This document shows positions 48,860 through 60,560 of a DNA stretch of 64,000 nt, piece by piece. A model generated the notes under the pieces. It was not told the origin of the DNA and did not search any database. It saw only the letters and a program-made list of their open reading frames with translations. Source of the stretch: Octopus sinensis (taxonomy: Eukaryota); the NCBI RefSeq assembly GCF_006345805.1, contig NC_042999.1, forward strand, positions 156,984,001-157,048,000, in the 5' to 3' direction. The position numbers and the translations under genes are program-made. Position 1 is the stretch's first letter, and each line of letters starts with the position of its first letter.

Positions 48860-50870
48860 TACTAAAGAGGTGTCTTTCAAGGTGATAGTTTGTCGATGAT
48901 GCTCTTCGTGGTCTCATTAAACTCACTATCATATTTGCTCCCAAAATATTGTGGCCAAAGAAATGGATCCAGAAGTATTTCTCATCTTTTCTTCGTTGTC
49001 GACCTGAAACTGTATGGGTTAAATAATCAACCATGTAAAAAAAAAAGCAGTTGGACCTCATTTCCCAACTTTTTACAGACATTGGAATGAAATTTGGTGA
49101 GTCCAAATGCGCGTTTTTTTATCATAAAACGTGGAAAAGTTGCGCACTCCTCTGGTAACTTGAAAACGAACGGCTTGACAATACAACCCTTATAGTCAGG
49201 TGGCAATTATAGGTATCTTGGACAAGATGAGAATGTCAGATACGATGGACCCATAAATAAGGAGAGGGCCGGGAATAAATAACCCTGAGAGAATATGGTT
49301 TCAACTTACAATAGGTATTTTTCTCACAACACCTTTGCAGTGTCTGTCCCCGCGCCTACGTTTGGCCTTCTGAACTGGTCACTACAAGGACTCAATGAGA
49401 CAGATGTTCGAACTCACAAGCTTCTCGGTGTGACTTCAATGAAGATGTAGACAGGCTATACTTACCACGCAAGGATGGTGGCCGTGTCTCAAATCTGTAT
49501 TGATGTCATATCAAGCACATATTGTGACACTGGAGCAGTATCTGAAACAGAGGAAAGAGACCAGTCACTATATTGCCCATGTTTGTGATCATGGAATCAA
49601 TAACATAATTAGGATGACTAATGAACTTGAGAAGAGATATAAAATAAGAGCTCATACAGAACTCTCTGCATTGGTGAAATCTATCAAAAGAACAAAATAA
49701 TTAAAAATGAACCAGTTCACTGAGAAGATAGTACATGGGTGTTTGACATAAAAAAAAAACACAAACCACAGCAGGAAGTGATCATATCAAAAACTTGGCA
49801 TGGAATACCGATAAGATTATGACATACTTTTTTGAAGGCTATCTCCATGCAATTCAAGAACAAGAAATCTTCACTTACAGCATAAAAGACAGAAAACTTT
49901 GAGAGATAACAAATATAGAGAGATTTCTTCTATACAACTTTTATTGGGCTAATATTTAAAGAAAAATTATATTTGTATCGACAGTGTTCAGTTCAAAATA
50001 TTGACATCTATAGTACAAGTTGCGTATACCTATAGACACCGGGGAAGACGAAGAGAGAAAGCAATACGAAGATCTCCACGGCTTGTATTATGCGTCTATT
50101 TCCTGGATTTTCGTCCGAACTAACTTGGCTTTTGATGAAGGGCCTATAAAGTAAGGTTAAAATAAGTCGCGGTTTGAAATTTTCTTCCCCCTTTTTTTTC
50201 GTAAATCTAGCAATTTTATCTTCATTGCCGATAAGTTTATGACAATACTTCTTTGAAGGCTATCTCCATGCAATTCAAGAACAAGAAATCTTCACCAAGT
50301 ACCTACAGCATAAAAGACAGAAAACTAGAGAGATAACTTTGAGAGATAGCAAATATTATAATAAAAGATTTGGTAAATGCCATGCACGAATAGCTGCGTA
50401 ACTCAACACCTTGTTAAATGCCGACCAAGCAACACCAGAATGGTTGGACAGTACTGTGCCTGAAAAACATCGTAAAAGGCAATACGGTAGAAAATTACAG
50501 GCCAATATCCTGTCTGCCACTTATGTGGAAGTTATTGACTGGAATACTCGCAAAGTCAATGTATGAACATCTGGAAAAAAATGGAGCCCTGCCACACGAG
50601 CAGAAGGGTAAGTCCAAGCGTAAATGCAGAAGTACCAAGGATCAACTCCTGATAGATAAAACTGTACTCAGAGACTGCAAGAGGAGGAAAAGTAATTTAG
50701 CCATGTCATGGCTCGACTACCGTAAGGCGTACGATATGATCCCACATTCTTAGATTATGGAGTGCATGAACCTGTTTGGGGTTGCATCGAATGTTGAGCG
50801 ATTGCTTGGCAAAAGTATGGCGAATTAGAGGACGGACATGACGGCACACGGAAGAAGTTTAGGAAGAAGT
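48860..50870 (+). mobile_element. R4/Dong-type non-LTR retrotransposon remnants (two RT pieces in non-collinear order)
   Basis: FQGDSLS, MKFGESKC, NYRYLG and DVDRLYLPRKDGGR in 48860-49700; [18 protein letters not shown]...KDQLLID...[14 protein letters not shown] in 50418-50753. Confidence 0.8.
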
Positions 50871-51325
50871 TTTGAGGAATTTGCTTATGAGTGAAGCAGA
50901 GTGTTTCATTTCATATTCCTGTTATACGTCAGGTTCTGGCCAGGTTCCTGTGATAGGTGTTTCACAACGTGCCAGATTGGTTAATCAGTATTAATTAATG
51001 CCTTACACATTTTCTGTGAAATGAAGATAAAATTGCTAGATTTACGAAAAAAAAGGGGAAAGAAAATTTCGAACCGGGACTTATGTTAACCTTACTTTAT
51101 AGGCCCTTCATCAAAAGCCAAGTTAGTTCGGATGAAAATCCAGGAATTAGACGCATAATACAAGCCGTGGAAATCTTCGTATTGCTTTCTCTCTTCGTCT
51201 TCCCCGGTGTCTGTAGGTATACGCAACTTGTACTATAGATGTCAATATTCTGAACTGAATACAGTCAATACAAATATAATTTTTCTTTAAATATTAGCCC
51301 AATAAAAGTTGTATAGAAGAAATCT
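49921..51325. repeat. Inverted repeat with arms of about 306 bp
   Basis: 49921-50226 is the reverse complement of 51020-51325. Confidence 0.9.
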
Positions 51326-52249
51326 GAAGTGTCGTAGAGTTCTTTAAATGCGTACAAATACTTATATTTCTTTTTCACTTAAATATTAAAGAAATTTATT
51401 TCAAAAAGAAAAGGAAAACTTAAACGCTTTATGAGTATATACGGATATAACGCATGGTTAGAGACTGAACAATTTCGACCTTGTGCTAAATTAGATATTT
51501 ACACGAGAAATGATTACAGAAATTTTTATCAGAGACAGTTGGTATGTGGGTAAGGATGGAGGCAATTTTTGCAATAGAGAAAATATTTTCTGCATGGAGA
51601 GGGACCGAAAACTAAAAAGGCTACATGGAAATTTCCGCCACAATGCATAAAAAAATTAATATTTGATATATATATATATATAATTTAAGCTACAAAATAA
51701 TCACAGAACTGTAACTCAAATTTTTACATAAGAATTTGTCGGCAAAGTTGTCAATGACAGCACCATAAAGGAAGTGTACAGCTAAGAAGAAAATAAATTC
51801 TCGGATACGAGATAAAACCAACGATGACGTCGAATGTATATATGTAGTGGCTTCATGCAAGCATAGCGCGGATTCGATCCTCGATAGCCAAACTTCACTT
51901 AACAGTTCAACAGCACTTTTCTCACGGTAAAGCAATAGTTTTTTTGTGAGTGACATCAGTTACATTTACCATATGCCTTCACTAAGCAGACCCTTCTAAC
52001 CTCTTCTAGGCCACCAAAAGTTAGAATTGAGACAACAGGTACCACCAGTGAAATCCATTGTTCTCAACAATATGTCTCTCTTTCTAACTTGTTTTGGATA
52101 GTTATAAATACTAGAATTTGGCAAGGCAAAATTAGTTAGTGAACGGACATCTAGAATCATGGTCACAAGCAGGCAGCCACTAAAGACAAACGGTCAGAGG
52201 GAGAAAGAAGGTAACAAACGGTCAACTATGAGACACAACTTCCCTCGAC

Positions 52250-52293
52250 TTAGACTGATGAGGGGCAAGACCCAGAAACAAGTATGTCTCTGG
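52250..52293 (+). ncRNA. Type I hammerhead motif (same family as 27266)
   Basis: UUAGA CUGAUGA G GGG-CAAGA-CCC A GAAA C-AAGUAU-GUC/UCUGG; the first helix II pair is mismatched. Confidence 0.6.
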
Positions 52294-52491
52294 ATGCAGG
52301 CCTAGCTGTTGGGGGTGTTTGTCTCCCCTTCGTGAATATATAAGGACACAGGAAATGTGTCAAGGCCGACAGGAAGCGTCGATGCTTCTTAGGGCTAAAT
52401 AGCGTTGGTGTAATTCCCTTTACGGGACTGTCACGTTAAGTTGACAGTATACAACCACCCTATCGCTCCGCCACCACACATATCTCTATGA

Positions 52492-52560
52492 CAGGGGTGG
52501 GCGAACTTTTTTGATCGCGGGCCGCACAGTGTGTCTTTGGAACCTTGGCGGGCCTCATTT
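52492..52560 (+). mobile_element. hAT-like terminal fragment
   Basis: caggggtgggcgaacttttt...gcgggccgca; no matching right end seen. Confidence 0.45.
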
Positions 52561-52811
52561 ATAAAAATCAAGTGAAAATATTGTGAATTACCGTACAACT
52601 GAAACAGTTACGAAATATCTGCATCTCTATGAGATACTTAGAAATTTAATATTTCTGATTACCATATCTCTGTCTATATACTGCTACGAAATCGTGTATA
52701 CACATATACAGGCCGAAATTAACTTCCTTTACCTTGCATGCTTTACGAACTGTGTTATATTATTACACTAACCTACCCGTCGTAGTATGGCATATATTAA
52801 AGTATGAATGT

Positions 52812-53197
52812 GTGGAGGTGCAATGGCCCAGGGGTTAGGGCAGCGGACTCGCGGTCGTAGGATCGCGGTTTCGATTCCCAGACTTGGCGTTGTGAGTGTT
52901 TATTGAGCGAAAACACCTAAAGCTCCACGAGGCTCCGGCAGGGGATGGTGGTGATCCCTGCTGTACTCTTTCACCACAACTTTCTCTCACTCTTACTTCC
53001 TGTTTCTGTTGTACCTGTATTTCAAAGGGCCGGCCTTGTCACTCTCTGTGTGTCACGCTGAATATCCCCGAGAACTACGTTAAGGGTGCACGTGTCTGTG
53101 GAGTGCTCAGCCACTTACACGTTAATTTCACGAGCAGGCTGTTCCGTTGATCGGATCAACCGGAACCCTCGTCGTCGTAACCGACGGAGAGCTTCCC
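52812..53197 (+). mobile_element. Family C SINE
   Basis: Full length; atattaaagta occurs on both sides. Confidence 0.92.
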
Positions 53198-53450
53198 ATA
53201 TTAAAGTAACAGTAAATGAATGTTTCTTTACACCTTCGATCACTGTTCTTCGTTCATCTTACAACCGTTACACTGGCAACCCACACCTTAACAACCCTTA
53301 CATTGGTGACCAGACTAAGAACACGCATTCCTTCTCGTAAAACCACGGTCTCTACCATTGGTAACCCGGACTAGAAAGAACTATTTCCTTCTGATGCAAC
53401 AACGAATACTATTGCTGTTACATTGGTCACCCCGTCTAGAAAGAATTATC

Positions 53451-53874
53451 GGATCTTTTCGGTTTGAACGGCAGTTTTTTCTAGCGGTGTCATATGAAAT
53501 TGTCACCCATAATTATGACCCTAGTATTGATCTATTGCATTTCAATCTCTTTTAGGGTTAGGGTTAGGGTTAGGGGTGGGGGAAGGGTATCTTTCTTTCT
53601 TCACAAATGTAAATAAACCCAATCTGTTTCTTAAACGAGGGACATATTCATACGGCACAGAATGTTTTTTTTTACCTCAATGAACGTCAGTGATTGGTTG
53701 AAATTGCAGAAATTGAAGAAAAAAACAACAAATATCTTACAAACTATAGAATTTTCTCAATGAAGCCAAGAGAAAAAGATGTTTTATAAACACATTCTAC
53801 CAGTATACGAAGTTTAAAATTTTTTAGTTACCTAGAAATTATGTTGAAAACTGCCGTTCAAACCGAAAAGATCC
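53451..53874 (-). mobile_element. GGATC-TIR MITE with (TTAGGG)4
   Basis: Perfect TIRs; telomere-type tract at about 53552-53576. Confidence 0.92.
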
Positions 53875-53942
53875 CCACTTGTTACAGTACGCGCAACAAA
53901 ATGCACTATACTGCGATTAACTTCACTACAATGCAATCCAGC

Positions 53943-54836
53943 CGACGCAGAAAGAATTCGCTGACCATGGGACCCCAATTTAACTAGAAGAAAATACGGA
54001 AGTCCGCACATGCAACCTTTTCGGCACACGTGCTTTTCGTATCGTCCCGACGTACAGACCCTGCATTATCTACGAACTTTTGCACGTATATAAGACTCTC
54101 ATATAGACTTTCAACAACTCTTTTTCGTTGCATGCACACCTTTTTTTTTTTTTTTTCACTTTCAGCAATAGACTATTAACAAGGGCACTAATTCCAGCTA
54201 AGTTTGCCAGTTTTTGTTTACTCGTTTTTGTACCGTTCATTTCTTTTGCTGCACCACACAACGTTCATACACGTAGCTGCATGCTTAAACCGTCACATTC
54301 CTTTTCTCGGACCCTCTCTGGAGGGAAAGTGATGTAGTGGCATCATGCAGGTGCGTTGTAATGGAAAACAACTTTCCCTATGTATACGCGACCGACCTAG
54401 GGTCTTACAGAGGTGAGTTGTGTCTAAGAAGGCGCAGGGAACATGGAAAGCAAGCGAGAAAAGCATGGTGTGGTGCGAGAATGTGACAGTTTAAGCATGC
54501 AGCTACGTGTATGAACGTTGTGTGGTGCAGCAAAAGAAATGAACGGTACAAAAACGAGTAAACAAAAACTGGCAAACTTAGCTGGAATTAGTGCCCTTGT
54601 TAATAGTCTATTGCTGAAAGTGAAACAAAAAAGAAAAAGATGTGCATGCAACGAAAAAGAGTTGTTGAAAGTCTATATGAGAGTCTTATATACGTGCAAA
54701 AGTTCGTAGATAATGCAGGGTCTGTACGTCGGGACGATACGAAAAGCACGTGTGCCGAAAAGGTTGCATGTGCGGACTTCCGTATTTTCTTCTAGTTAAA
54801 TTGGGGTCCCATGGTCAGCGAATTCTTTCTGCGTCG
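53943..54836. mobile_element. Foldback element with near-perfect inverted arms of about 358 bp
   Basis: 53943-54300 is the reverse complement of 54479-54836. Confidence 0.88.
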
Positions 54837-55031
54837 TGTTATACTATTACACTAACCTACTCGTCGTAGTATGGCATATTTTAAAGTAACGGTAAATAAA
54901 TATTTCTTTACATCTTCGATCACAGTTCTTCGTTCATCTGCAACAACAACCGTTACACTGGTGACCACTGATTCCACCTCAACCATTACCCTTACCTTTG
55001 TGACCCTCGACTTCAACGAACTGCATTTCCG

Positions 55032-55077
<46 letters not shown>

Positions 55078-55089
55078 TCTTTTATTTGT

Positions 55090-55517
55090 TTATTTGTTTC
55101 AATCATTTGACTGCGGCCATGCTGGGGCACCAGCTTTAGTCGAACAAATCTACCCCAGGACTTATTCTTTGTAAGCCTAGTACTTATTCTATCGGGCTCT
55201 TTTGCGGAACCGCTAAGTTACGAGGACATAAACACACCAGCATCGGTTGTCAGGTGATGGTGGGGTGGGTGGACAAACACAGACACACACACAAATACAC
55301 ACACTCTCTCTCACACACACACGCACATACAAACAAACACACACACACATATACGACAGGCTTCTTTCAGTTTCCGTCTACTAAATCCACTCACAAGGCT
55401 TTGGTCGGCTCCAAGGTTATAGTAGAAGACACTTGCCCAAGGTACCACGCAGTGAGACTGAATCCGGAACCATGTGGTTGGTAAGCAAGTTACTTACCAC
55501 ACAGCCACTCCTGTGCC
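55090..55517 (-). mobile_element. Family A SINE
   Basis: Full length. Another copy with an expanded microsatellite lies at 57447-58080(-). Confidence 0.88.
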
Positions 55518-55520
55518 TAT

Positions 55521-55584
<64 letters not shown>

Positions 55585-55625
55585 GGCAGTCATCTAAACG
55601 TTTTTGCTCTTCATGGTGCTGACAT

Positions 55626-55730
55626 AAGTTCCTTGTCTTTCCTGATGAGATGGCGGCATAATGCACCCTTTATTCCTTCGGAATTAGGAATATGCAGCCT
55701 TCGAAACATGTGTCGAGAGTAAAGGAATTT
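55626..55730 (+). ncRNA. Canonical type I hammerhead ribozyme with extended helices I and II
   Basis: Core CUGAUGA 55642-55648, GAAA 55703-55706 and GUC 55712-55714. Helix I is CUUUC:GAGAG plus AAGUUCCUU:AAGGAAUUU. Helix II is GAUGGC:GCCUUC, GCAUA:UAUGC and UUCCU:AGGAA. Helix III is AC-AUGU-GU. Confidence 0.85.
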
Positions 55731-55761
55731 TGTTAAAATCGTCGTTCGACTCAATTCTTTC

Positions 55762-55820
<59 letters not shown>

Positions 55821-55824
<4 letters not shown>

Positions 55825-57031
55825 GTTTTTCCAAAGATAATGGCTGCTCTAAGTGTTGTGTTTTGAAATGCAATTTTATCAGTATTTTAAATATATTTTG
55901 GGTGAATTTCGACATACTTAATAATTGATGTGTGCTCCTTAATAAATTTCTACTTGTTTCAGACAGAAAACATTCTTGAAGCATAGGCGCCTTTAATTAT
56001 GAACTTGACCAAAAAGGACCTTCGCTTACTTTTCTTGCATAAGTTCAAGCTTGGGCACAATGCCTCTTAAACTGCTGCTCAAATATCAACAGAGCATGGG
56101 AAGAGGGGTCCACAAGTGATTGCAGAGTACGAAGGTGGTTTTAGAAATTCCGTAGAGTTGATGAGAGCCTTGAAGATGAAGAAGGTAGAGGACAGTCTGT
56201 GCAGTCTTGACAATAAACAATTGAAAGCAATTATTGAATAAAACCTACGTCAAAGAAATGTCTCAGGCACTTGGTGTCGGTATTACAACGGTCTCACGCA
56301 ATCTGCGATAAATGGATACTACATGAACTCAATGAAAATCAAAAAGTTCGACGTTTTGAAGTGTGCTCGATGCTCTTTCTGCGAAACATCACTGATCCTT
56401 TCCCTTTTTGTTGACCGAATAGTCACTTGTGACGAAAAGTGGATCCTTTATGATAACCATAAACGATCAGGTCAATGGCTTGATCGTGATGAGTCCCTCT
56501 AACATTTCCCAAAGCCAAAGTTGCAACAGCAAAATATTATGGTGACAGTCTGGTGGCCTGCAATTGGTGTTGTCCATTACAGCTTTCTGGAAGCCAATTA
56601 CACCATTACAGCAGAGGTTTACAGCAATCAACTCGCTGAAATGCATGTTCACTTGCATAAAATGAGATCTGCATTGGTGAATCGGCGTGGCCCAATTCTG
56701 CTCTGCGATAATGCAAAGCCACATGTTGCAAGAATGACGTTACAGAAACTCACAGACTTTACTACATCCTCCATATTCTAACTACCATTTTTTTAAAGCA
56801 TTTAAACACGTTTGTAAGTTATAAAACTTTCAGGTCCAAAGCAGAGATGGAATCAGCTTTCAAAGATTTCTTAGCATCAAAGAGCATGGGCGTAAATAAG
56901 ATCGTTGATCGATGGCAGAGATGCATTGATGTTCACGGCTCATACTTCAACTAATCAAGACATTTCTATTGTTCATTTTCCAGAATAAAATTATGTTTCT
57001 GAAGTCAACCATTATTTTCGGAACAACCTAA
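55821..57031 (+). mobile_element. Near full-length mariner (Hsmar1-like) with a disrupted transposase (ATG 55999, stop 56954)
   Basis: TIRs ttaggtt(t/g)ttcc.aa.ataatgg and TA flanks. Peptides MNLTKKDLRLLF, IVTCDEKWILYDN, MVTVWW and LLCDNAKPHVA; stops and frameshifts present. Confidence 0.92.
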
Positions 57032-57034
57032 TAT

Positions 57035-57344
57035 AGAAAAGAATAAAAGAATATTTATATATATGTATATATATCGGTAGCCACTACACACATTTTTTTC
57101 TCTTCTTGTTTCTTTCTGTGGAAGAGCGTAGGCTCGAAACGTAAAAGACTTATTCAATTCCCGAGCATTTATACTAATACATCTGTTTGTTTTGTACACC
57201 ACCTGTCTTCCTCTTCTGTTTTTGTTTTTTTTTTCGTGAATTCTCCCTATATATATTGGTGAGAGAGTTGCGTATCCTAGAATTTATTTTCTTCTTTGCT
57301 GTACACTTCCTTTATGGTGATGCCGTTAACAACTTTGCAGACCA
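57035..57344 (+). repeat. Direct repeat of about 310 bp (copy 1; copy 2 at 58768-59096) carrying an HHR-like motif
   Basis: Aligns by eye end to end with copy 2. Confidence 0.85.
57111..57148 (+). ncRNA. Minimal hammerhead-like motif with A6U core variant
   Basis: UCUUU CUGUGGA A GAGC-GUAG-GCUC GAA ACGU A/AAAGA. Confidence 0.55.
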
Positions 57345-57754
57345 TACGATAATATATATGTAAACATATACATAGATATATATTTGCATACATCTATACT
57401 TTCATTTATACACATACACATATGTGTGTGTACGTGAGTGAATAGTTATTCTTTTACTTGTTTTGGAGCACCGCCTTTAGTCGACCAAATTGACCCCAGG
57501 AGCTATTCTTTGTTAGCCTAGTACTTATTCTATCGGCCTCTTTTGCCGAACCGCTAAGATACAGGGACGTAAACACACCAGCATCGGTTGTCAAGCGATG
57601 TTGGGGGAAGGGACAAACACTCACACACATACATACACACACACATACATACATGCATACATACATACATACATACATGCATACATGCATACATACATAC
57701 ATACATGCATGCATGCATGCATACATACATACATACATACATACATACATACAT

Positions 57755-57791
<37 letters not shown>

Positions 57792-57843
57792 TACATACAT
57801 ACATACATACATACATACATACATACATAATACATACATACAT

Positions 57844-57880
<37 letters not shown>

Positions 57881-58866
57881 TACATACATACATACATACA
57901 TACATACATACATAGATCCGACGGGCTTCTTTCAGTTTCCGTCTACCAAATCCACTCACAAGGCTTTGGTCGGCCTGAGGCTATAGTAGAAGACACTTGC
58001 CCAAGGTGTCACGCAGTGGGACTGAACCCGAACCATGTGGTTGGTAAGCAAGCTACTTATCACACAGCCACTCCTGCGCCTACTTATCACTCAACAATTG
58101 TCACATCTCTCCCTCCCTCCCTCCATCCATCCCTCCATCCATCCATCCATTGATACATATTATGTAAAAAAAAAAACAGGATCAGTTAAAATCATCATCA
58201 TCATTGTTCGACCGTGGTCGAGACAATGGTATTTACCATGCTACGCCAGACTTCACGGTCCATCATAGCATTTATAGTCTTTTCAAATGGCTAATAATGT
58301 GTGCGCGCGCCACTACTACACACATTGGAAAGCATTGTACAACCAAGTACTAAAGAAGATCTTTCCTCCTCCATGAAACAAAGCTGTTCCCGCTGGACGT
58401 CAACCCAGTATTTCTAAGCTACGGACCGAGTGATTTATTATAAGGTTGTCTCCCTAGACAGATTGCCTTCACTACGGCTAAGGAGCCCTTTCTACCCCAC
58501 TGACACAGGTTGTACTGGTTTACAGTTTACCAGTAGTAGGATCCGATGCTGCATACATCAGATCTGACCTGACAGTTAAAATGGATAATGCCTGAGATTG
58601 CAAGGTAGTGCACAGTACGTTACACAAGGTTGCCTAAATATTGCACTATACCGGCATGAAACTTGAAGTAACTAGACTCACGAAGAATAAGTCCTGGGGT
58701 CGATTTGTTCGACTAAAGGCAGTGCTCCGCCATGGCCGTAGTCAAATGATTGAAAGTAACAAATAAAAGAAAAGAATAAAAGAATATTTATATATACGTA
58801 TATATCGGTAGCCACTACACACATTTTTTTCTCTCCTTTTTTCACTCCTTGTTTCTTTCTGTTCCC

Positions 58867-58902
58867 CTTTCTGTAGAAGAGCGTAGGCTCGAAATGTAAA
58901 AG
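58867..58902 (+). ncRNA. Minimal hammerhead-like motif with A6U core variant (copy 2)
   Basis: CUUU CUGUAGA A GAGC-GUAG-GCUC GAA AUGU A/AAAG. Confidence 0.5.
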
Positions 58903-59109
58903 ACTTTTTCAATTCCCGAGTGTTTATATAATATATCCGTTTGTTTTGTACACCACCTGTCTTCGTCTTTTGTTTGTTTGATTTTTCGTGAATTCTCCCT
59001 ATATATGTAGGTGAGAGAGTTACGTATCCGAGAATTTATTTTCTTCTTTGCTGTACACTTCCTTTATGGTGATGCCGTTAACAACTTTGTAGACCAATTC
59101 TTACATATA

Positions 59110-60560
59110 AGACTCGATGTCATTGACTGCATGGCAATGTTGGAGGAGGACATGGTTGATTTTGCCGAGCCTGTCCCTCTTGTCATTTGATTCCTTCCTT
59201 TTCTCATTTAGTGAATTCGTAGTTTTTGGTTCCGATGGTGATGGAACACCGCCACTTGGCACGGTCTCGAGTTTGTGTTTCAAATGATCTAGGCTCAATT
59301 CCAGTTACTTTCAGTGTTGCTTTGAGTTGGTCCTTGTATCTTCGAAGAGGGCAACCCCGCGGTATTTTTCCTGAAGTATCTCACTGAATAAGACTTGGCG
59401 TGGGAACCTTGGCTCTGCCATTCTTGCTACATGTCCTGACCATCGAAGACGTTGTTTCATCATCAGCGATCCGATACTTTGACTGTTGGTTACTTAGTGT
59501 TCCTATTTGATGCTCAAGATTGAACGAAGCTTTTGTTGGTAAAAGCATTCTAAATTTTGGATGTCACGATGATATAGAGTCCATGTTAAGCGGAAAGTGT
59601 AACATCATAAGCGGAAAGTGTAACCTCTCGAAAGAGCTGTTCTTCACTCCTGCTCCAGAGCGTGGGCTGCGGGGTCACTCTGAAAAGCTCTATCTACGAC
59701 GATTTCATCTCAATCGAAGGAGAGGGCTTTCTCCGTCCGGGTTGCGGATCCGTGGAATAAGCTGCCGGACGAGATAGTGAAGATGCCGACAACCGCTCGG
59801 TTCAAAGTCTCTCTTGACCAGAAATGGCCTAAACTCTTTGTATGAACACCCTCCCTGTACATAACTCTATGTCCCCCTACATGGCCTTGCTTGTGCTTTT
59901 TGAGCTCCCCCCAAAAAATCAAAATTTTAATTTTAAATGTTCCGCATCCGTATAGCAAGGTTGAAATGACAACAGCATTATAAACCATAATTTTTGTTAT
60001 TAAGTTAAGAGCTTTATTGTTGAATTTCATGAACTTTCCAAATACTCCGTGTGCAGCTCTAATTTTGTGTTCCACGTCCTTTTCTGAGATGCACCTGCTT
60101 TGATAAAAGGCTGCTTCGATATGGAAAATGCTCTACTTTTTCGAGATGGTATTTGGGGCTGGCTTGCAAAGACCTTGGTTTCCTTGATGTTTACTGTAAG
60201 GCCAAAGCGATGGTAGGCCATAGCAAGAATTGTTTACAGACTGTTGTTCTTCTTTTGAATAACAGACGGCAGCATTGTCATCAGCATACTGAAGTTCTGG
60301 GATGCGTTGCATATGTGTCAGATATTTAGATCAAAGTCAAATAAGATTGAAAAGTCCTGTGTCATATCGATGTCTGATGTCAACACTTGGATTAACTGGA
60401 GGAACTTCGTGAAGCATTGCAGCCAGAAACAAGGAGAATAGTCTAGGCGCCGAGACACATTCTTGTTTTAGTCCGTACGCGATCGGAAATTCTTCTGACA
60501 GCATGTTTTATTGGAATGCACGTCTAGGCATATTATCATGCATTGCTTGAACTCAGCATC
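59110..60560 (-). mobile_element. Degenerate RTE LINE (RT to C-terminus) interrupted by a CR1 insertion
   Basis: QYADDNA, FGLTVNIKETKV, VYNAVVISTLLYGCGT|WTL and LRWSGHVARM. Confidence 0.82.
59588..59936 (+). mobile_element. CR1-type LINE 3' end with 5-bp TSD
   Basis: LRGHSEKL...RVADPWNKLPDEIVK..FKVSLDQKW; atgtt at 59583-59587 and 59937-59941. Removing it restores RTE GCGTWTL. Confidence 0.82.

Noticed and set aside
50125-50185. UUGAUGAA-GGGCC...GGUUU/C-GAAA hammerhead-like string in the inverted arms
   Set aside because: C3 is missing, no helix I pairing is possible, and there is no cleavage triplet in register.
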